Of a stretch of DNA of 64,000 nucleotides, positions 29,319 to 39,961 are shown one piece after another. The notes beneath the pieces were generated by a model that ran no database searches, was not told the origin of the DNA, and saw only the letters and a list, made by a program, of their open reading frames with translations. The translations under genes and the position numbers were made by a program. Numbering within the stretch: position 1 is the first letter of the stretch; each line of letters starts with the position of its first letter. The stretch is from an uncultured delta proteobacterium (GTDB lineage: Bacteria > Desulfobacterota > Desulfobacteria > Desulfobacterales > QNYZ01): positions 512,001-576,000 of the forward strand of contig CAWJQU010000002.1 of NCBI GenBank assembly GCA_963845145.1, given 5' to 3'.

Positions 29319-31286
29319 CTACCCTTTATTAAAGGGAGCGGCATCAACGACTTCCTCGGCTTCACTCAGGGCAAGCATCAAGTTGCGTGGTTTTTTGGCA
29401 TCGCCAATGATCAACACTTTGGCCCGGCCGCCTTTTAAAAAATTCATGGCGTCCCGAACAGGTACCATATTTTCAGCAATCACGATGGTATCGAAATCTT
29501 TTATTTCGACGGGGTTACCGGCAGAAGTAAATCGCACCCCGCTTGGTTGCACTGCCCCCACCTTCACTTTTTTATACAGGGTCACATTGTCACGCTTAAG
29601 GCGTTCGCGCAGATAAAAGCGATCATTGCTGGACATCTCTTCGGCAAAATGGCGGTAACGATTCAGAAGGGCAATCGTTTTTCCCTGATTTGCCAGAAAA
29701 TCAGCCACCATCATTCCGGCCTGGCCACCCCCTAAAACAATGACCCGGCCGCCGGTGGAAGTGCGCCCATCTAAAACATCGGTCACCGTGCACAAATGCA
29801 TGGTCGTTTTGAAAAGGCCCTTGATAATGGGCATGTCGGGTCGACTGCCGGTAGCCAGCACCACCACATCCGGATCTATTTGTGCAATAAGGGTTTGCGT
29901 AAGCGGCGTGTTCAGCCGCACCTCAACCCGGAGGCGTTCCAACTCATTGACCAGAAATTGGACAATATCACCCACCTCGCCACGCCCCGGTGGTTTAGCG
30001 GCAAGCCGCATTAACCCGCCCAAACTCGCACCTTCCTCGCACAGGACGACATGGTGACCCGCCAGGGCGGCTTCCCGGGCCGCAGCCATACCGGCCGGCC
30101 CACCACCGGCAATGACGATTTTTTTAGGATCATCCGTCTTCGCTCCGCGCCCTAATAAATACTCTCTGCCGACTTGGGGATTAACCACGCAACCGCCCGG
30201 CTCCAGCATCAGAACGGCGTGGATGCATCCGAGACAGCACCCGATACACGGCCTAATGGCAGCGAGATCTCCGGATTCGGCCTTGTTGGGATACTCAGGA
30301 TCGGCCAGCAGCGAGCGCCCCAGAGCCACTGCATCGGCCTTGCCTTCCCGAATCACCCGGTTTGCCAGATCCGGCGATTTAATTCGGCCCACGGCGATCA
30401 CCGGAATAGCAACTTTTTCCTTAACCGCGGCAGCCAGGTGGACAAAACAGCCCTGCTTCGTATACATGGAAGGGATCGTCAGCTCAGTGCTGCCGTATAC
30501 CCCGGCGGATACGTGCAGATAGGCCGCACCCGCTTTTTCAAGCCGGACGGCCAGATCCAGGGCTTCCTCCGGCTCGAAACCGTTTTCCATATAATCGTTA
30601 CCATTCATACGAACACCGATGGGAAAATCTTCCCCGACCTTTTGCTTAATATCCGCAAACACTTCCAGGAAAAAACGAATCCGGTTTTCAAAGGAACCGC
30701 CGTATTTATCGGTACGATGGTTGGCGTTGGGGGACAAAAACTGGTTGATCAGATAGCCGTGGGCCCCGTGAATTTCCACAAAATCAAACCCGGATTCCCG
30801 GCATCGCCGGGCCGCATCGCCGAAAGCGGATACCATTTCCCCAATTTCGGCGATGGTTATTGCCCGGGGCGACCCTTTGACCACCGCCGGCGCGGGGATG
30901 GCCGACGGTGCCAACGTATGATCATGGTACGACTGCCTGCCGCCGTGCATCAATTGCACCCCAAAGCGCGTATCATACGGTTTTACGGCTGTGACCATTT
31001 TATGTAAGGCGTCAATACACCCGTCATCCCACATTGTGGGCAGGTTCGGCAATTCCAGGCCGGTCGGATGAACGGCCCCGCCGCCCACCAGCATCATACC
31101 AACCCCGCCTTTCGCCCGGGCCACAAAATATTCAATCAGTTGATCCGTAACACGACCCTCGTCATCCACACCGAAATTAATACTCATGGCGGACATGAGC
31201 AGCCGGTTTTTAGCGATCATGGCGCCGATTTTTATGGGACTGAAAAGGTGGTTGTAAACACTCATGGAATTATCTACCTCGGACAT
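29319..31286 (-). CDS. NADH:flavin oxidoreductase (OYE / 2,4-dienoyl-CoA reductase-like, FMN/4Fe-4S/FAD)
   Basis: EIHGAHGYLINQFLSP, CIGCCLGC...C, GGGPAG. Confidence 0.93.
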   Translation of the reverse strand: MSEVDNSMSVYNHLFSPIKIGAMIAKNRLLMSAMSINFGVDDEGRVTDQLIEYFVARAKGGVGMMLVGGGAVHPTGLELPNLPTMWDDGCIDALHKMVTAVKPYDTRFGVQLMHGGRQSYHDHTLAPSAIPAPAVVKGSPRAITIAEIGEMVSAFGDAARRCRESGFDFVEIHGAHGYLINQFLSPNANHRTDKYGGSFENRIRFFLEVFADIKQKVGEDFPIGVRMNGNDYMENGFEPEEALDLAVRLEKAGAAYLHVSAGVYGSTELTIPSMYTKQGCFVHLAAAVKEKVAIPVIAVGRIKSPDLANRVIREGKADAVALGRSLLADPEYPNKAESGDLAAIRPCIGCCLGCIHAVLMLEPGGCVVNPQVGREYLLGRGAKTDDPKKIVIAGGGPAGMAAAREAALAGHHVVLCEEGASLGGLMRLAAKPPGRGEVGDIVQFLVNELERLRVEVRLNTPLTQTLIAQIDPDVVVLATGSRPDMPIIKGLFKTTMHLCTVTDVLDGRTSTGGRVIVLGGGQAGMMVADFLANQGKTIALLNRYRHFAEEMSSNDRFYLRERLKRDNVTLYKKVKVGAVQPSGVRFTSAGNPVEIKDFDTIVIAENMVPVRDAMNFLKGGRAKVLIIGDAKKPRNLMLALSEAEEVVDAAPFNKG

Positions 31287-31427
31287 TTTTCAAATGGTTG
31301 ACACCCCAAATAGCAGAACGTCGAATGGATAGTCAAATCAGACGAATCCGCCCGAAAATACGAATGGTCACTTGATATCTTGGTTTCCAATCTTTGCCTT
31401 GTCCACTGAATTTTTATTTATCCATTG

Positions 31428-31486
31428 AAGTTGGCGGAGTTGGCAGAGTTGATGGAGTTGGCTTTTGGTAACAACCCATTTATAAT
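31428..31486 (+). promoter_or_regulatory. Sigma70-like promoter whose -35 lies in the last unit of a 4 x 9 bp repeat
   Basis: AAGTTGGCG/GAGTTGGCA/GAGTTGATG/GAGTTGGCT; TTGGCT-N17-TATAAT. Confidence 0.55.
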
Positions 31487-31523
31487 GCATGCATATTAAC
31501 GAAATCAAAGATAGGAGAAAGGG

Positions 31524-32690
31524 ATGAACCAGACCAAGGAAAAGATCAACCGCCAAATCGATAATCGTGCGCAAGAGATGTACGCCGTCAGCGAATACCT
31601 GTTTAACCATCCGGAAACGGCCTACCAGGAGTATAAGTCCTGTGACCATCTCGCCAAGGTTCTGGAAAAAAACGGATTTAAGGTTGAGACAAATATTGGC
31701 GGTGTGGAAACGGCGTTTGTGGCCCGTCCCCAATCGTCAGCCCCTGCTCGCCCTTGCGTGGCCCTTCTGGCGGAATACGACGCCCTTCCCAAAATCGGCC
31801 ATGGCTGCGGTCATAACCTGATTGCCGCTGCAAGTTTCGGGGCAGCCTTGGCGATGAAACACATAATGACAAATGGGACCGGCGATTTCATTGTCGTGGG
31901 AACCCCTGCGGAAGAAGGCGGCGGCGGTAAAGTACGCCTGATCGACGCCGGCGTATTTGATGACGTTGATGCGGCCATGATGTTCCATCCCAGCCAATGC
32001 AATCTGCCGGGGAAAGGAATGCTCGGGCGAACCAAATTCAAGATGGCCTTCCATGGTAAAACAGCCCACGCCTCGGGCTCACCGGATAAAGGAATTAATG
32101 CCCTGGACGCCTTGATCCTCACCTACAACGGCATTAACGCCTTACGCCAATACCTTCGCCCCGATGCCCGAATACATGGCATCATCACCCACGGTGGGGA
32201 CGCGCCCAACATCATTCCCGATTATACCGAAGCGCTCTTTTACGTGCGCGCCGGAACGACGGCCTATCGAGAGGAAATATTCAACCGGGTTGTCGGGTGC
32301 GCCCAGGCCGGAGCAGACGCCATGGGTGCAACCGTCGAGATAGAAATTGACGGCCCGAAAATCGACGCCATGCATCGTAACAGGGCACTGGAAACAGCTT
32401 TTGAAGCCAATATGAAGACATTGAACGTCCCTGTGGATGCCGACCCCGGACGCATGGGGTCGTCGGACATGGGCAACCTGAGCCACGTTCTCCCCGCCAT
32501 CCATCCCTACCTGGCCATCGTGGATGAAGGCATCCCCAGCCACTCCGTGGCGTTTCGAGATGCCACCCTGACAAGCCGCGGAAAAACGACACTGCTCAAT
32601 GCCGCCAAGTTATTGGCCATGACTGCGTATGATTTCCTGAACTCTCCCCAACTGCAGGAACAGGCCAGATCAGATTTTCAAAAAAAGTAG
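31524..32690 (+). CDS. M20 family amidohydrolase (ACY1L2/AbgB-like)
   Basis: EYDALP, GHGCGHN, TPAEEGGGGK, GSSDMGN. Confidence 0.93.
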   Translation: MNQTKEKINRQIDNRAQEMYAVSEYLFNHPETAYQEYKSCDHLAKVLEKNGFKVETNIGGVETAFVARPQSSAPARPCVALLAEYDALPKIGHGCGHNLIAAASFGAALAMKHIMTNGTGDFIVVGTPAEEGGGGKVRLIDAGVFDDVDAAMMFHPSQCNLPGKGMLGRTKFKMAFHGKTAHASGSPDKGINALDALILTYNGINALRQYLRPDARIHGIITHGGDAPNIIPDYTEALFYVRAGTTAYREEIFNRVVGCAQAGADAMGATVEIEIDGPKIDAMHRNRALETAFEANMKTLNVPVDADPGRMGSSDMGNLSHVLPAIHPYLAIVDEGIPSHSVAFRDATLTSRGKTTLLNAAKLLAMTAYDFLNSPQLQEQARSDFQKK

Positions 32691-32694
32691 GGGC

Positions 32695-33711
32695 CTATAG
32701 TGATGCGTCATTCAGATAACAAGCGGAAAACCGATTTGGGGCAATCTCTTTGAGCCTTGGCGCTTCTTTTTTGCACTGATTCATCGCCTGGGGACAACGG
32801 GGATGAAAGTGACAGCCGGAAGGTGGATCGAGCGGCGAAGGAATCTCACCTTTGACCGGTTCAAAACGCTGCTGCCTGTTTTCTAGCCTGGGCACTTCGC
32901 GTAGAAGGGCCTGGGTATAAGGGTGGTTGGGTTCGCTGAAAAGTGCTTCGGCTTCAGCCGCCTCCACCACCCGGCCTAAATACATAATAACAATCCGGTC
33001 GCTGATATGCTCCACAACGCCCAGATCGTGGCTGATAAAGAGATAGGTGAGGTCCAATTCTTCTCGAAGTTTGATAAAAAGATTGAGAATCTGGGCTTGG
33101 ATCGAAACATCCAGGGCTGCAACGGCCTCATCGCAAACGATAAAGTCGGGATTAACGGCCAGGGCCCGGGCGATGCCGATGCGCTGGCGCTGGCCGCCTG
33201 AAAACTGGTGCGGATAGCGTCGTTTAAAGACCGGATCCAGGCCGCTTCGATGCATAACCCGATCGATATAATCGTCCAAACCGGCGCGTTTGACCAGACC
33301 ATGTACCAGGGGTGCTTCACCGATAATATCGCGAACCCGTTTTCTAGGGTTGAGAGAGGCAAAGGGGTCCTGGAAAATCATCTGGATATTCAACGCCATG
33401 TCCCTGGCATCATTGGCGGACAGCGTTCCCACTTCCTGTCCCTTGTAGTAGATCTTTCCGTCACTTAAAGGTAAAATGCCACAAACCATCCGGCCCAGAG
33501 TCGATTTGCCACATCCCGATTCACCCACCAAACCCACGACTTCACCCTTGCCAATATCGAGAGTGACCCCATCCACGGCATGGATGACCTCTTCGCGGAT
33601 ATTGGCCCCCAGTTTCACGCCGATCCGTCCTGCCAGGTCCAGGGACTTTACAAATCGCTTGGAAACGTTTTCAAGTCGGATGATGGGTACCGCCAAAGGG
33701 GACGAACTCAT
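32695..33711 (-). CDS. Dpp/Opp ABC ATPase (DppF-like)
   Basis: GESGCGKS, FSGGQRQRIGIARAL, GCHFHPRC. Confidence 0.95.
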   Translation of the reverse strand: MSSSPLAVPIIRLENVSKRFVKSLDLAGRIGVKLGANIREEVIHAVDGVTLDIGKGEVVGLVGESGCGKSTLGRMVCGILPLSDGKIYYKGQEVGTLSANDARDMALNIQMIFQDPFASLNPRKRVRDIIGEAPLVHGLVKRAGLDDYIDRVMHRSGLDPVFKRRYPHQFSGGQRQRIGIARALAVNPDFIVCDEAVAALDVSIQAQILNLFIKLREELDLTYLFISHDLGVVEHISDRIVIMYLGRVVEAAEAEALFSEPNHPYTQALLREVPRLENRQQRFEPVKGEIPSPLDPPSGCHFHPRCPQAMNQCKKEAPRLKEIAPNRFSACYLNDASL

Positions 33712-34688
33712 AGGCCCTCACATTCAACGGGATGAAAACAACGGATATCACGTCCCAAAACGGGGCTGGTAATTTTCGGCGCGGTCAGGCAGGTGTCATC
33801 TGCCCGGAAGCAACGTTCCCGAAAGGCGCACCCTTTGGGAAGGTTTAATAAAGACGGCGTCATGCCGGGAATCTGGCTGAGAGGCCGACCCCGTTTATTT
33901 CGACTGGGCACCGATTCAATCAGTCCTTTGGTGTAAGGGTGCAGAGGACGGTCGAGGACATCATCGATTTGACCCTGTTCGACAATGCGACCGGCGTACA
34001 TAACGCATATGCGATCCACCAGACCGGCCACGACGGTCAGATCATGGGTAATCCAGATCAGGGCCGTACCGGTTTCCCGACACAGTTTTTGCGCCTCATA
34101 CAGAATCTGGCCCTGAATGGTCACGTCCAAAGCAGTGGTGGGTTCATCGGCAATGATCAAATCGGGTTTATTGATCATGGCAATGGCCACGGCAACCCGT
34201 TGGCGCATGCCACCGGAAAACTGATGGGGATAGGCTCTCAACCGCTCTTCCGCCGAAGCGATACCCACCATTTCCAAAGCGTCACATGCACGACGCCGAG
34301 CCTCGTTACGACCCGTTTTTTCATGGGCCAAAATCGCCTCGATCATTTGGGTGTCGATCCGCAACACCGGATTTAGAGTCATCATCGGATCCTGGAAGAT
34401 CATGGCGATTTTGGCGCCTCGCAAAGAACGTCGCTTTGATTCGGCCAGGCTGGCCAAATCCTGATCGTGAAAAAAAATCTGCCCCCCTACCAGACGGCCA
34501 GGGGGATCCACCAGTCCCAAAATCGAAAATCCGGTCACGGACTTGCCGCTGCCTGATTCTCCCACCAGACCGAGGATCTCTCCTTTGTCCACAGTAAAAC
34601 TGATATCGTCCACAGCCTTAACCACGCCGGCTTTGGTAAAAAAATGTGTCCGCAGGTTCTCTACAGCAAGGGTTGGGTTAGCCGCCAT
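33708..34688 (-). CDS. Dpp/Opp ABC ATPase (DppD-like)
   Basis: [24 protein letters not shown]. Confidence 0.95.
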   Translation of the reverse strand: MAANPTLAVENLRTHFFTKAGVVKAVDDISFTVDKGEILGLVGESGSGKSVTGFSILGLVDPPGRLVGGQIFFHDQDLASLAESKRRSLRGAKIAMIFQDPMMTLNPVLRIDTQMIEAILAHEKTGRNEARRRACDALEMVGIASAEERLRAYPHQFSGGMRQRVAVAIAMINKPDLIIADEPTTALDVTIQGQILYEAQKLCRETGTALIWITHDLTVVAGLVDRICVMYAGRIVEQGQIDDVLDRPLHPYTKGLIESVPSRNKRGRPLSQIPGMTPSLLNLPKGCAFRERCFRADDTCLTAPKITSPVLGRDIRCFHPVECEGL

Positions 34689-34697
34689 TGGGTCTTT

Positions 34698-35630
34698 TCA
34701 TTTTTGTAATCTCGGATTCAGCACGTCCCGCAACTGATCGCCCACCAGGTTGATGCTGACGATGGTGAATAAAAGCGCCACACCAGGGAAAAAACTGATC
34801 CAGTATTTACCGCTGAGCATGTACTCAAAGCCGTTGGCAATCAAAAGTCCCAAAGATGGTTCGGTAACGGGCAATCCGATCCCGAGAAAAGAGAGGGTCG
34901 CTTCCAATGCAATGGCGTGGGCCACCTGCACGGTCCCCACCACGATCAAAGGCGGCAGACAGTTGGGTAACAGATGCCCAAAAACGATCCTTTTGTGGCT
35001 GAGGGCCAGACAGGCGGCCGCCTCGATATATTCCTTGCGTCGTTCGACCAGAGCCGTCCCGCGAATGGTACGGGCATAATAGGCCCATTGTGCAGCCACC
35101 AGGGCGATGATAATCTTGTCCACACCCTGCCCCAAAATGGCCATTAATACCAGTGCGATCAGAATAGAGGGAAAGCTGAGCTGAATATCGACGATTCGCA
35201 TAATCAGCGTATCCGTTCGTCCCCCAAAATACGCGGCAATCAAGCCGATACTGCCCCCGAAAAAAAGCGCCACCAGGGCGCTCATCGCACCCACAGCCAG
35301 ACTGGTCCGCAAGCCGTAAAAAATGCCGCTCAACATATCCCGCCCTTGATCGTCGGTTCCCAGCCAATAGGTATAACCGCTCATCGTGTTTTTTTCTCCG
35401 GGCGGCAGACGGTTATCGAGAATATCGAGCTGGGCCAGATCGTACGGGTCCTGGGGGGAAATGATGGGCGCGAACAGGGCCACAAAAACAATCATTCCAA
35501 ATACCGCCAGTCCTGTCAGCGCGACTTTACTTTCCATAAAATCGGAGATAAATCGCCGGATCGGAGTCTGCGGTGGTGGGATCTGAATCGTATCCGAGTT
35601 AACCGGTGGGGCATCTGTTGGGGTGCTCAT
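34698..35630 (-). CDS. Dpp/Opp ABC permease (DppC-like)
   Basis: LGTDDQGRD, EAA motif, LSFLGIG. Confidence 0.95.
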   Translation of the reverse strand: MSTPTDAPPVNSDTIQIPPPQTPIRRFISDFMESKVALTGLAVFGMIVFVALFAPIISPQDPYDLAQLDILDNRLPPGEKNTMSGYTYWLGTDDQGRDMLSGIFYGLRTSLAVGAMSALVALFFGGSIGLIAAYFGGRTDTLIMRIVDIQLSFPSILIALVLMAILGQGVDKIIIALVAAQWAYYARTIRGTALVERRKEYIEAAACLALSHKRIVFGHLLPNCLPPLIVVGTVQVAHAIALEATLSFLGIGLPVTEPSLGLLIANGFEYMLSGKYWISFFPGVALLFTIVSINLVGDQLRDVLNPRLQK

Positions 35631-36604
35631 GCGATTTTCTCCGCCAACCGTACCCGCGGATCAAGGATGGAATAGAGTACATCCACAATGAAATTGATAA
35701 CAATAAACATGGTCACTGTTACCAAAAGGTAGGCCACAATGATGGGCCGGTCGAGAACGCCGATGGAGTCGATAATTAATTTGCCCATACCGGGCCAGGC
35801 AAAGACCGTTTCTGTTACCACGGCAAATGCGATTACATTGCCCAGTTCCAGTCCCAGGACGGTGACTACCGGAATTAGAATATTCTTTAAAACATGCACC
35901 CCAATCACCCGCACATTGGACAAACCTTTGGCCCGGGCAAATTTTACATAATCAAGTTGCATATTTTCGCGTGTACCGGCGCGGGTCAACCGAATGGTTA
36001 AAGAGAGTTTGAACAGCCCCAGATTAATCGCCGGCAACAGGATGTGGGACAACCCGTCCAGGGTCAGAAAGCTCACCGGAATGCCGAACAGATCAACGGT
36101 TTGCCCCCGGCCCGAGGCCGGTAACCAGCCGAGCATCACGGCAAAAATCATGATCAATATAAGCCCCACCCAAAAGGTCGGCAGACTGAACCCGAGGATC
36201 GACCCACTCATGATGGTGCGTCCGATCCACCCCTGGGGTTTGATTCCCGCGATCATTCCCAAAGGAATGCCCATTAACACGGCCAGCAGCATAGCGCCAA
36301 AGGCCAGCTCAAGCGTGGCCGGCATGCGTTGTAAAATCAGTTTTAACGCCGGCTCATTGAATACAAACGAATTGCCTAAATTGCCGCGCAGGGCATTGGA
36401 GAGAAAAACACCGTATTGCTCCCACATGGGGCGGTCGAGCCCCAGCGCTTTCACAGCGTCTTCGTACTCCTGTGGCGTCGCCTCGGGACTGATAAGGATA
36501 TCCACGGGATTGCCGATGGCGTAAACCCCGACAAACACCAGCAGCGACATCACCAAGAGGACAATGGCGCTCTGATAGGTACGACGGATGAGAAAAACAA
36601 TCAC
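35627..36604 (-). CDS. Dpp/Opp ABC permease (DppB-like)
   Basis: LGLDRP, DYVKFARAKG, TETVFAWPG. Confidence 0.95.
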   Translation of the reverse strand: MIVFLIRRTYQSAIVLLVMSLLVFVGVYAIGNPVDILISPEATPQEYEDAVKALGLDRPMWEQYGVFLSNALRGNLGNSFVFNEPALKLILQRMPATLELAFGAMLLAVLMGIPLGMIAGIKPQGWIGRTIMSGSILGFSLPTFWVGLILIMIFAVMLGWLPASGRGQTVDLFGIPVSFLTLDGLSHILLPAINLGLFKLSLTIRLTRAGTRENMQLDYVKFARAKGLSNVRVIGVHVLKNILIPVVTVLGLELGNVIAFAVVTETVFAWPGMGKLIIDSIGVLDRPIIVAYLLVTVTMFIVINFIVDVLYSILDPRVRLAEKIA

Positions 36605-36644
36605 AAGGTTTTAAAGACCTGATGGGGTTAACTATTGGAAAGGA

Positions 36645-36674
36645 GCATGGCGGGTAACTGGCCACCCGCCATGC
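36645..36674 (-). terminator. Intercistronic stem-loop after the binding-protein gene
   Basis: GCATGGCGGGT-N8-ACCCGCCATGC, a perfect 11-bp stem; probably mRNA-stabilising or attenuating. Confidence 0.65.
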
Positions 36675-36689
36675 AAAAATAGCCATCGA

Positions 36690-38264
36690 CTATTTGTTGC
36701 CGCGCACAAAATAGGCCAGGGTATAGGCATCGGTGCGCGCCTTAAATGTCAATCCTTTGCGCATGGCCCAGATATTGACCTGGTAGTGCAGCGGAATGAT
36801 CCCCAATTGATCCATGGCAATCTCGGTGGCCTTGATCAACAGGGTTTTGTGTTTCTCCCGGTCCACGGTACGCAGGGCCTCTTCCAGGGTCGCATCCATC
36901 TCTTTGTTGGAAAATCGGCCGCGATTGGTGTTGCCGTAACCGCTTTCTTTGTCATAGGTGTGCAATAGCGCCCCCAGAGGCGAGGACGGTTCACCGGTTC
37001 CCGACCCCCAGCCAACCAGCATCAGGCTGAATTCAAGTTTCGTCCCCCTGGGAAAGAAGACATTTTTAGGCATCGTGTCGACCTTGGTTTTAATACCTAC
37101 CCGAGCCAGCATCTGGGCAACGGCCTGGCAAATTTTGGCATCGTTGACGTACCGATTGTTGGGCCCGTGGATGGTCAGCCCGAAACCGTCACCCCAACCG
37201 GCTTCAGCCAATAGCTTTTTGGCACCTTCGGGATCGTATTCTTCCGGTTTCACGTTCGGACTCACGGCAAAAAAGCCGTCGGGCAACAATTGGCCGGCGG
37301 CGATGGCATTGCCCTCCATGACACGCGATACGATGGCGGGCCGATTGATGGCCTTGGAAATAGCCCGACGAACACGCACATCTTTAAGCGGGTTTTTGGC
37401 CATTGGTTTGCCATCGTTATCTGTAACAAACGGCGAAACGTCGCGATCACTGTCGATGTGCAGATAAATGACCCGATTGGAGACCGAGCGTTCGAGGGTA
37501 AGCTTGGGATCTTTTTCCAATTTATCGATATCAGCCGTGGGTACAAACTCGATCATATCCACATCACCGGCCAATAGCGCCGCCACCCGAGCCGATGAAT
37601 TCGATAAGGGCTTAATGATAACCTTTTCCCATTGTGCTTTTTCGCCCCAGTAATCATCATTGCGGGTGTAAACGATACGGTCCCCCGGAATCCACTCCAC
37701 GAACTTGAAGGGACCGGTGCCCACCATGGCTTTTCCTGAATTATAATCCTTGGTGGCAGCCCCCTCACCATGTTTTTTTGAAATTACGGTAAACGTCGAC
37801 AGATACGTAGCCATCAACGGAAAAGGTTCCGGGGTTGAAAAACGGATTGTAAGATCGTCGACGATCTCTATTTTGTTGATGTGTTTCATGTAGCGGGTAA
37901 AAGATGAGGGGCTGTTGGGAACCTTGGGGCCCCGCTCCAAGGTGAATTTGATGTCCTCGGCCGTAAAGGGAGATCCATCATGAAATTTGACCCCCCCGCG
38001 CAGCTTGAATTCCCAGGTTAGGTCATCGATGGGTTTCCAGGAAACGGCCAGGCCGGGAACCAGATTTTGTTTGCTATCCTGGTCAACCAGCTTGTCAAAA
38101 ACAAAGATGGCCATCATGTTATTGGGTGTGAGATTATGGTAATGCGGGTCCATGGAACTCGGCTCGGATTTTACACCGATTGTCAGTTCAGCACTCAGCC
38201 CCCAGCCGGGCAACAGCATGACAAAAATCGCAGCCACTATAATAATAAGGTTTCTCGGTTTCAT
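36690..38264 (-). CDS. Dpp/Opp ABC substrate-binding protein (family 5)
   Basis: Signal peptide; WEFKLRGGVKFHDG, GTGPFK. Confidence 0.95.
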   Translation of the reverse strand: MKPRNLIIIVAAIFVMLLPGWGLSAELTIGVKSEPSSMDPHYHNLTPNNMMAIFVFDKLVDQDSKQNLVPGLAVSWKPIDDLTWEFKLRGGVKFHDGSPFTAEDIKFTLERGPKVPNSPSSFTRYMKHINKIEIVDDLTIRFSTPEPFPLMATYLSTFTVISKKHGEGAATKDYNSGKAMVGTGPFKFVEWIPGDRIVYTRNDDYWGEKAQWEKVIIKPLSNSSARVAALLAGDVDMIEFVPTADIDKLEKDPKLTLERSVSNRVIYLHIDSDRDVSPFVTDNDGKPMAKNPLKDVRVRRAISKAINRPAIVSRVMEGNAIAAGQLLPDGFFAVSPNVKPEEYDPEGAKKLLAEAGWGDGFGLTIHGPNNRYVNDAKICQAVAQMLARVGIKTKVDTMPKNVFFPRGTKLEFSLMLVGWGSGTGEPSSPLGALLHTYDKESGYGNTNRGRFSNKEMDATLEEALRTVDREKHKTLLIKATEIAMDQLGIIPLHYQVNIWAMRKGLTFKARTDAYTLAYFVRGNK

Positions 38265-38472
38265 GGGAGGTCTCCTTTCTAATGATGACTACAGGTAAAA
38301 AACGTGTTTCGTGGGATAATGCGCTTGATTTACTTTATTATAGTTATTATGTGGAACAAGAAACTGTCAAGGCTATTATCAAACGTACTATCAAACTTAG
38401 GTTAAAAGCAGTTGTTTTTGAAAGCCTATTTTTCCACCCTATTCGGCCCAATATCATAAGAGGTAAAAATTT

Positions 38473-39915
38473 ATGGCAAAATATGACATTCTTGTTAAGA
38501 ATGGGTTATTGGTGGATCCGGCCAACGATCGGCTGGGTGTGTTTGATATCGGCATAAAAGATGGCCGGGTAGTGACGGTTGCATCCAATTTATCAGACGA
38601 TTCAGCCAGTACTTACTATAATGCGTCGGGCAAGCTACTCCTTCCGGGACTGGTGGACACCCACGTCCATCTAACCCCTGCGGCCGTCCGTGGGGTCGGG
38701 TTGCGGATGCTGGCATTGGGCGGTGTCACTTGCGCTTTGGACTGCGCGGGTCCGGTAGAAGAAGTTATCAAAGGCATGGCTCAAATGGGTTCCGGCATCA
38801 GTGTGGCCGTTTTGAACCGGCTCGACCCTGGAATCACGATTAGCGGACCGGATGCCGGCAAACCTGAATTGATGGATTATCTCGACACGTCCCTCCAAAG
38901 AGGTGCCATCGGTTTTAAGATACTCGGCGGACACCTGCCACTAAGCCCTGAAACCACAACCGCAGCCATCGACATGTGCAATCGTGAAGGGGCCTATGTC
39001 GCCTTTCACTGCGGCAGCACCTTAAACGGAAGTAATCTTAACGGCTTACGTGATAGCTTCGATTTCGCCGGCACAAACCGCGTTCACATCTGCCACGTCA
39101 ATGCATATTGTCGCGGTTTGACCCATGGCTCACCGTTGGCCGAGATTCAGATGGCATTGGAAGACCTGTCCGCACGAAGACAATTTATAAGCGAATCGCA
39201 CCTGGGCCCCTTCAATTGCGCATGGGCCCGGCTGGAAAATAACATCCCACGAAGTCACGTCACACGCACCTGCCTGAACATGGGCGGATTTGAAGCGGAT
39301 AAAAACGGCCTTTTGGAAGCCGCCCGTAAGGGCTACATGCTGGCCTTAAAACCAGTCGCGCGCAGCGTTATTTATGTAAAAGGAGATGAAGCGGCCACTT
39401 ATCTGGAAGAAAACAATTTTGATATCATGGTATCTTTTCCTGTGAACCTTCGCTCCACGGCCTTTTTAGCCGCGACGGAAAAAAATAAAAACAAAAAATT
39501 TATCGTAACGGCTATCAGCACGGACGGCGGTGGAATACCGCGCAACTTTCTATTAAGCCATGGCTTGAGCCTGGTCCGCTTCGAAGCCCTGACACTCCCG
39601 GAATTTGTCCAAAAATGCGCCTGGCATCCGGCAAAAATGCTGGGATTGCATCAAAAGGGCCACTTGGGCACCGGGGCGGACGCTGATCTGGTCGTGGCCG
39701 ATCCGGATACCCACCAAGCCTTACTGACGGTTGCCGAGGGAAAGGTCATCATGGTCAACGGGATCGTCACCGGTACGGGGGGCACCCTGATTACCACCGA
39801 CCGGTACAAACCGGAATCAAACGCTACGGGAATCATCCATTTAACCACTGACCTTGCGGGTAGCCTGCTGTATGAAAAGCGTTTTGAAAAAAGCCTCCCA
39901 TCATGTAGCCATTGA
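38473..39915 (+). CDS. Metal-dependent amidohydrolase (dihydroorotase/deacylase-like)
   Basis: PGLVDTHVH, STDGG, KGHLGTGADADL. Confidence 0.85.
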   Translation: MAKYDILVKNGLLVDPANDRLGVFDIGIKDGRVVTVASNLSDDSASTYYNASGKLLLPGLVDTHVHLTPAAVRGVGLRMLALGGVTCALDCAGPVEEVIKGMAQMGSGISVAVLNRLDPGITISGPDAGKPELMDYLDTSLQRGAIGFKILGGHLPLSPETTTAAIDMCNREGAYVAFHCGSTLNGSNLNGLRDSFDFAGTNRVHICHVNAYCRGLTHGSPLAEIQMALEDLSARRQFISESHLGPFNCAWARLENNIPRSHVTRTCLNMGGFEADKNGLLEAARKGYMLALKPVARSVIYVKGDEAATYLEENNFDIMVSFPVNLRSTAFLAATEKNKNKKFIVTAISTDGGGIPRNFLLSHGLSLVRFEALTLPEFVQKCAWHPAKMLGLHQKGHLGTGADADLVVADPDTHQALLTVAEGKVIMVNGIVTGTGGTLITTDRYKPESNATGIIHLTTDLAGSLLYEKRFEKSLPSCSH

Positions 39916-39961
39916 CTTACCCTTTAGAAAAATTACTTTTAATCAGGAAGGAAAATCATAA

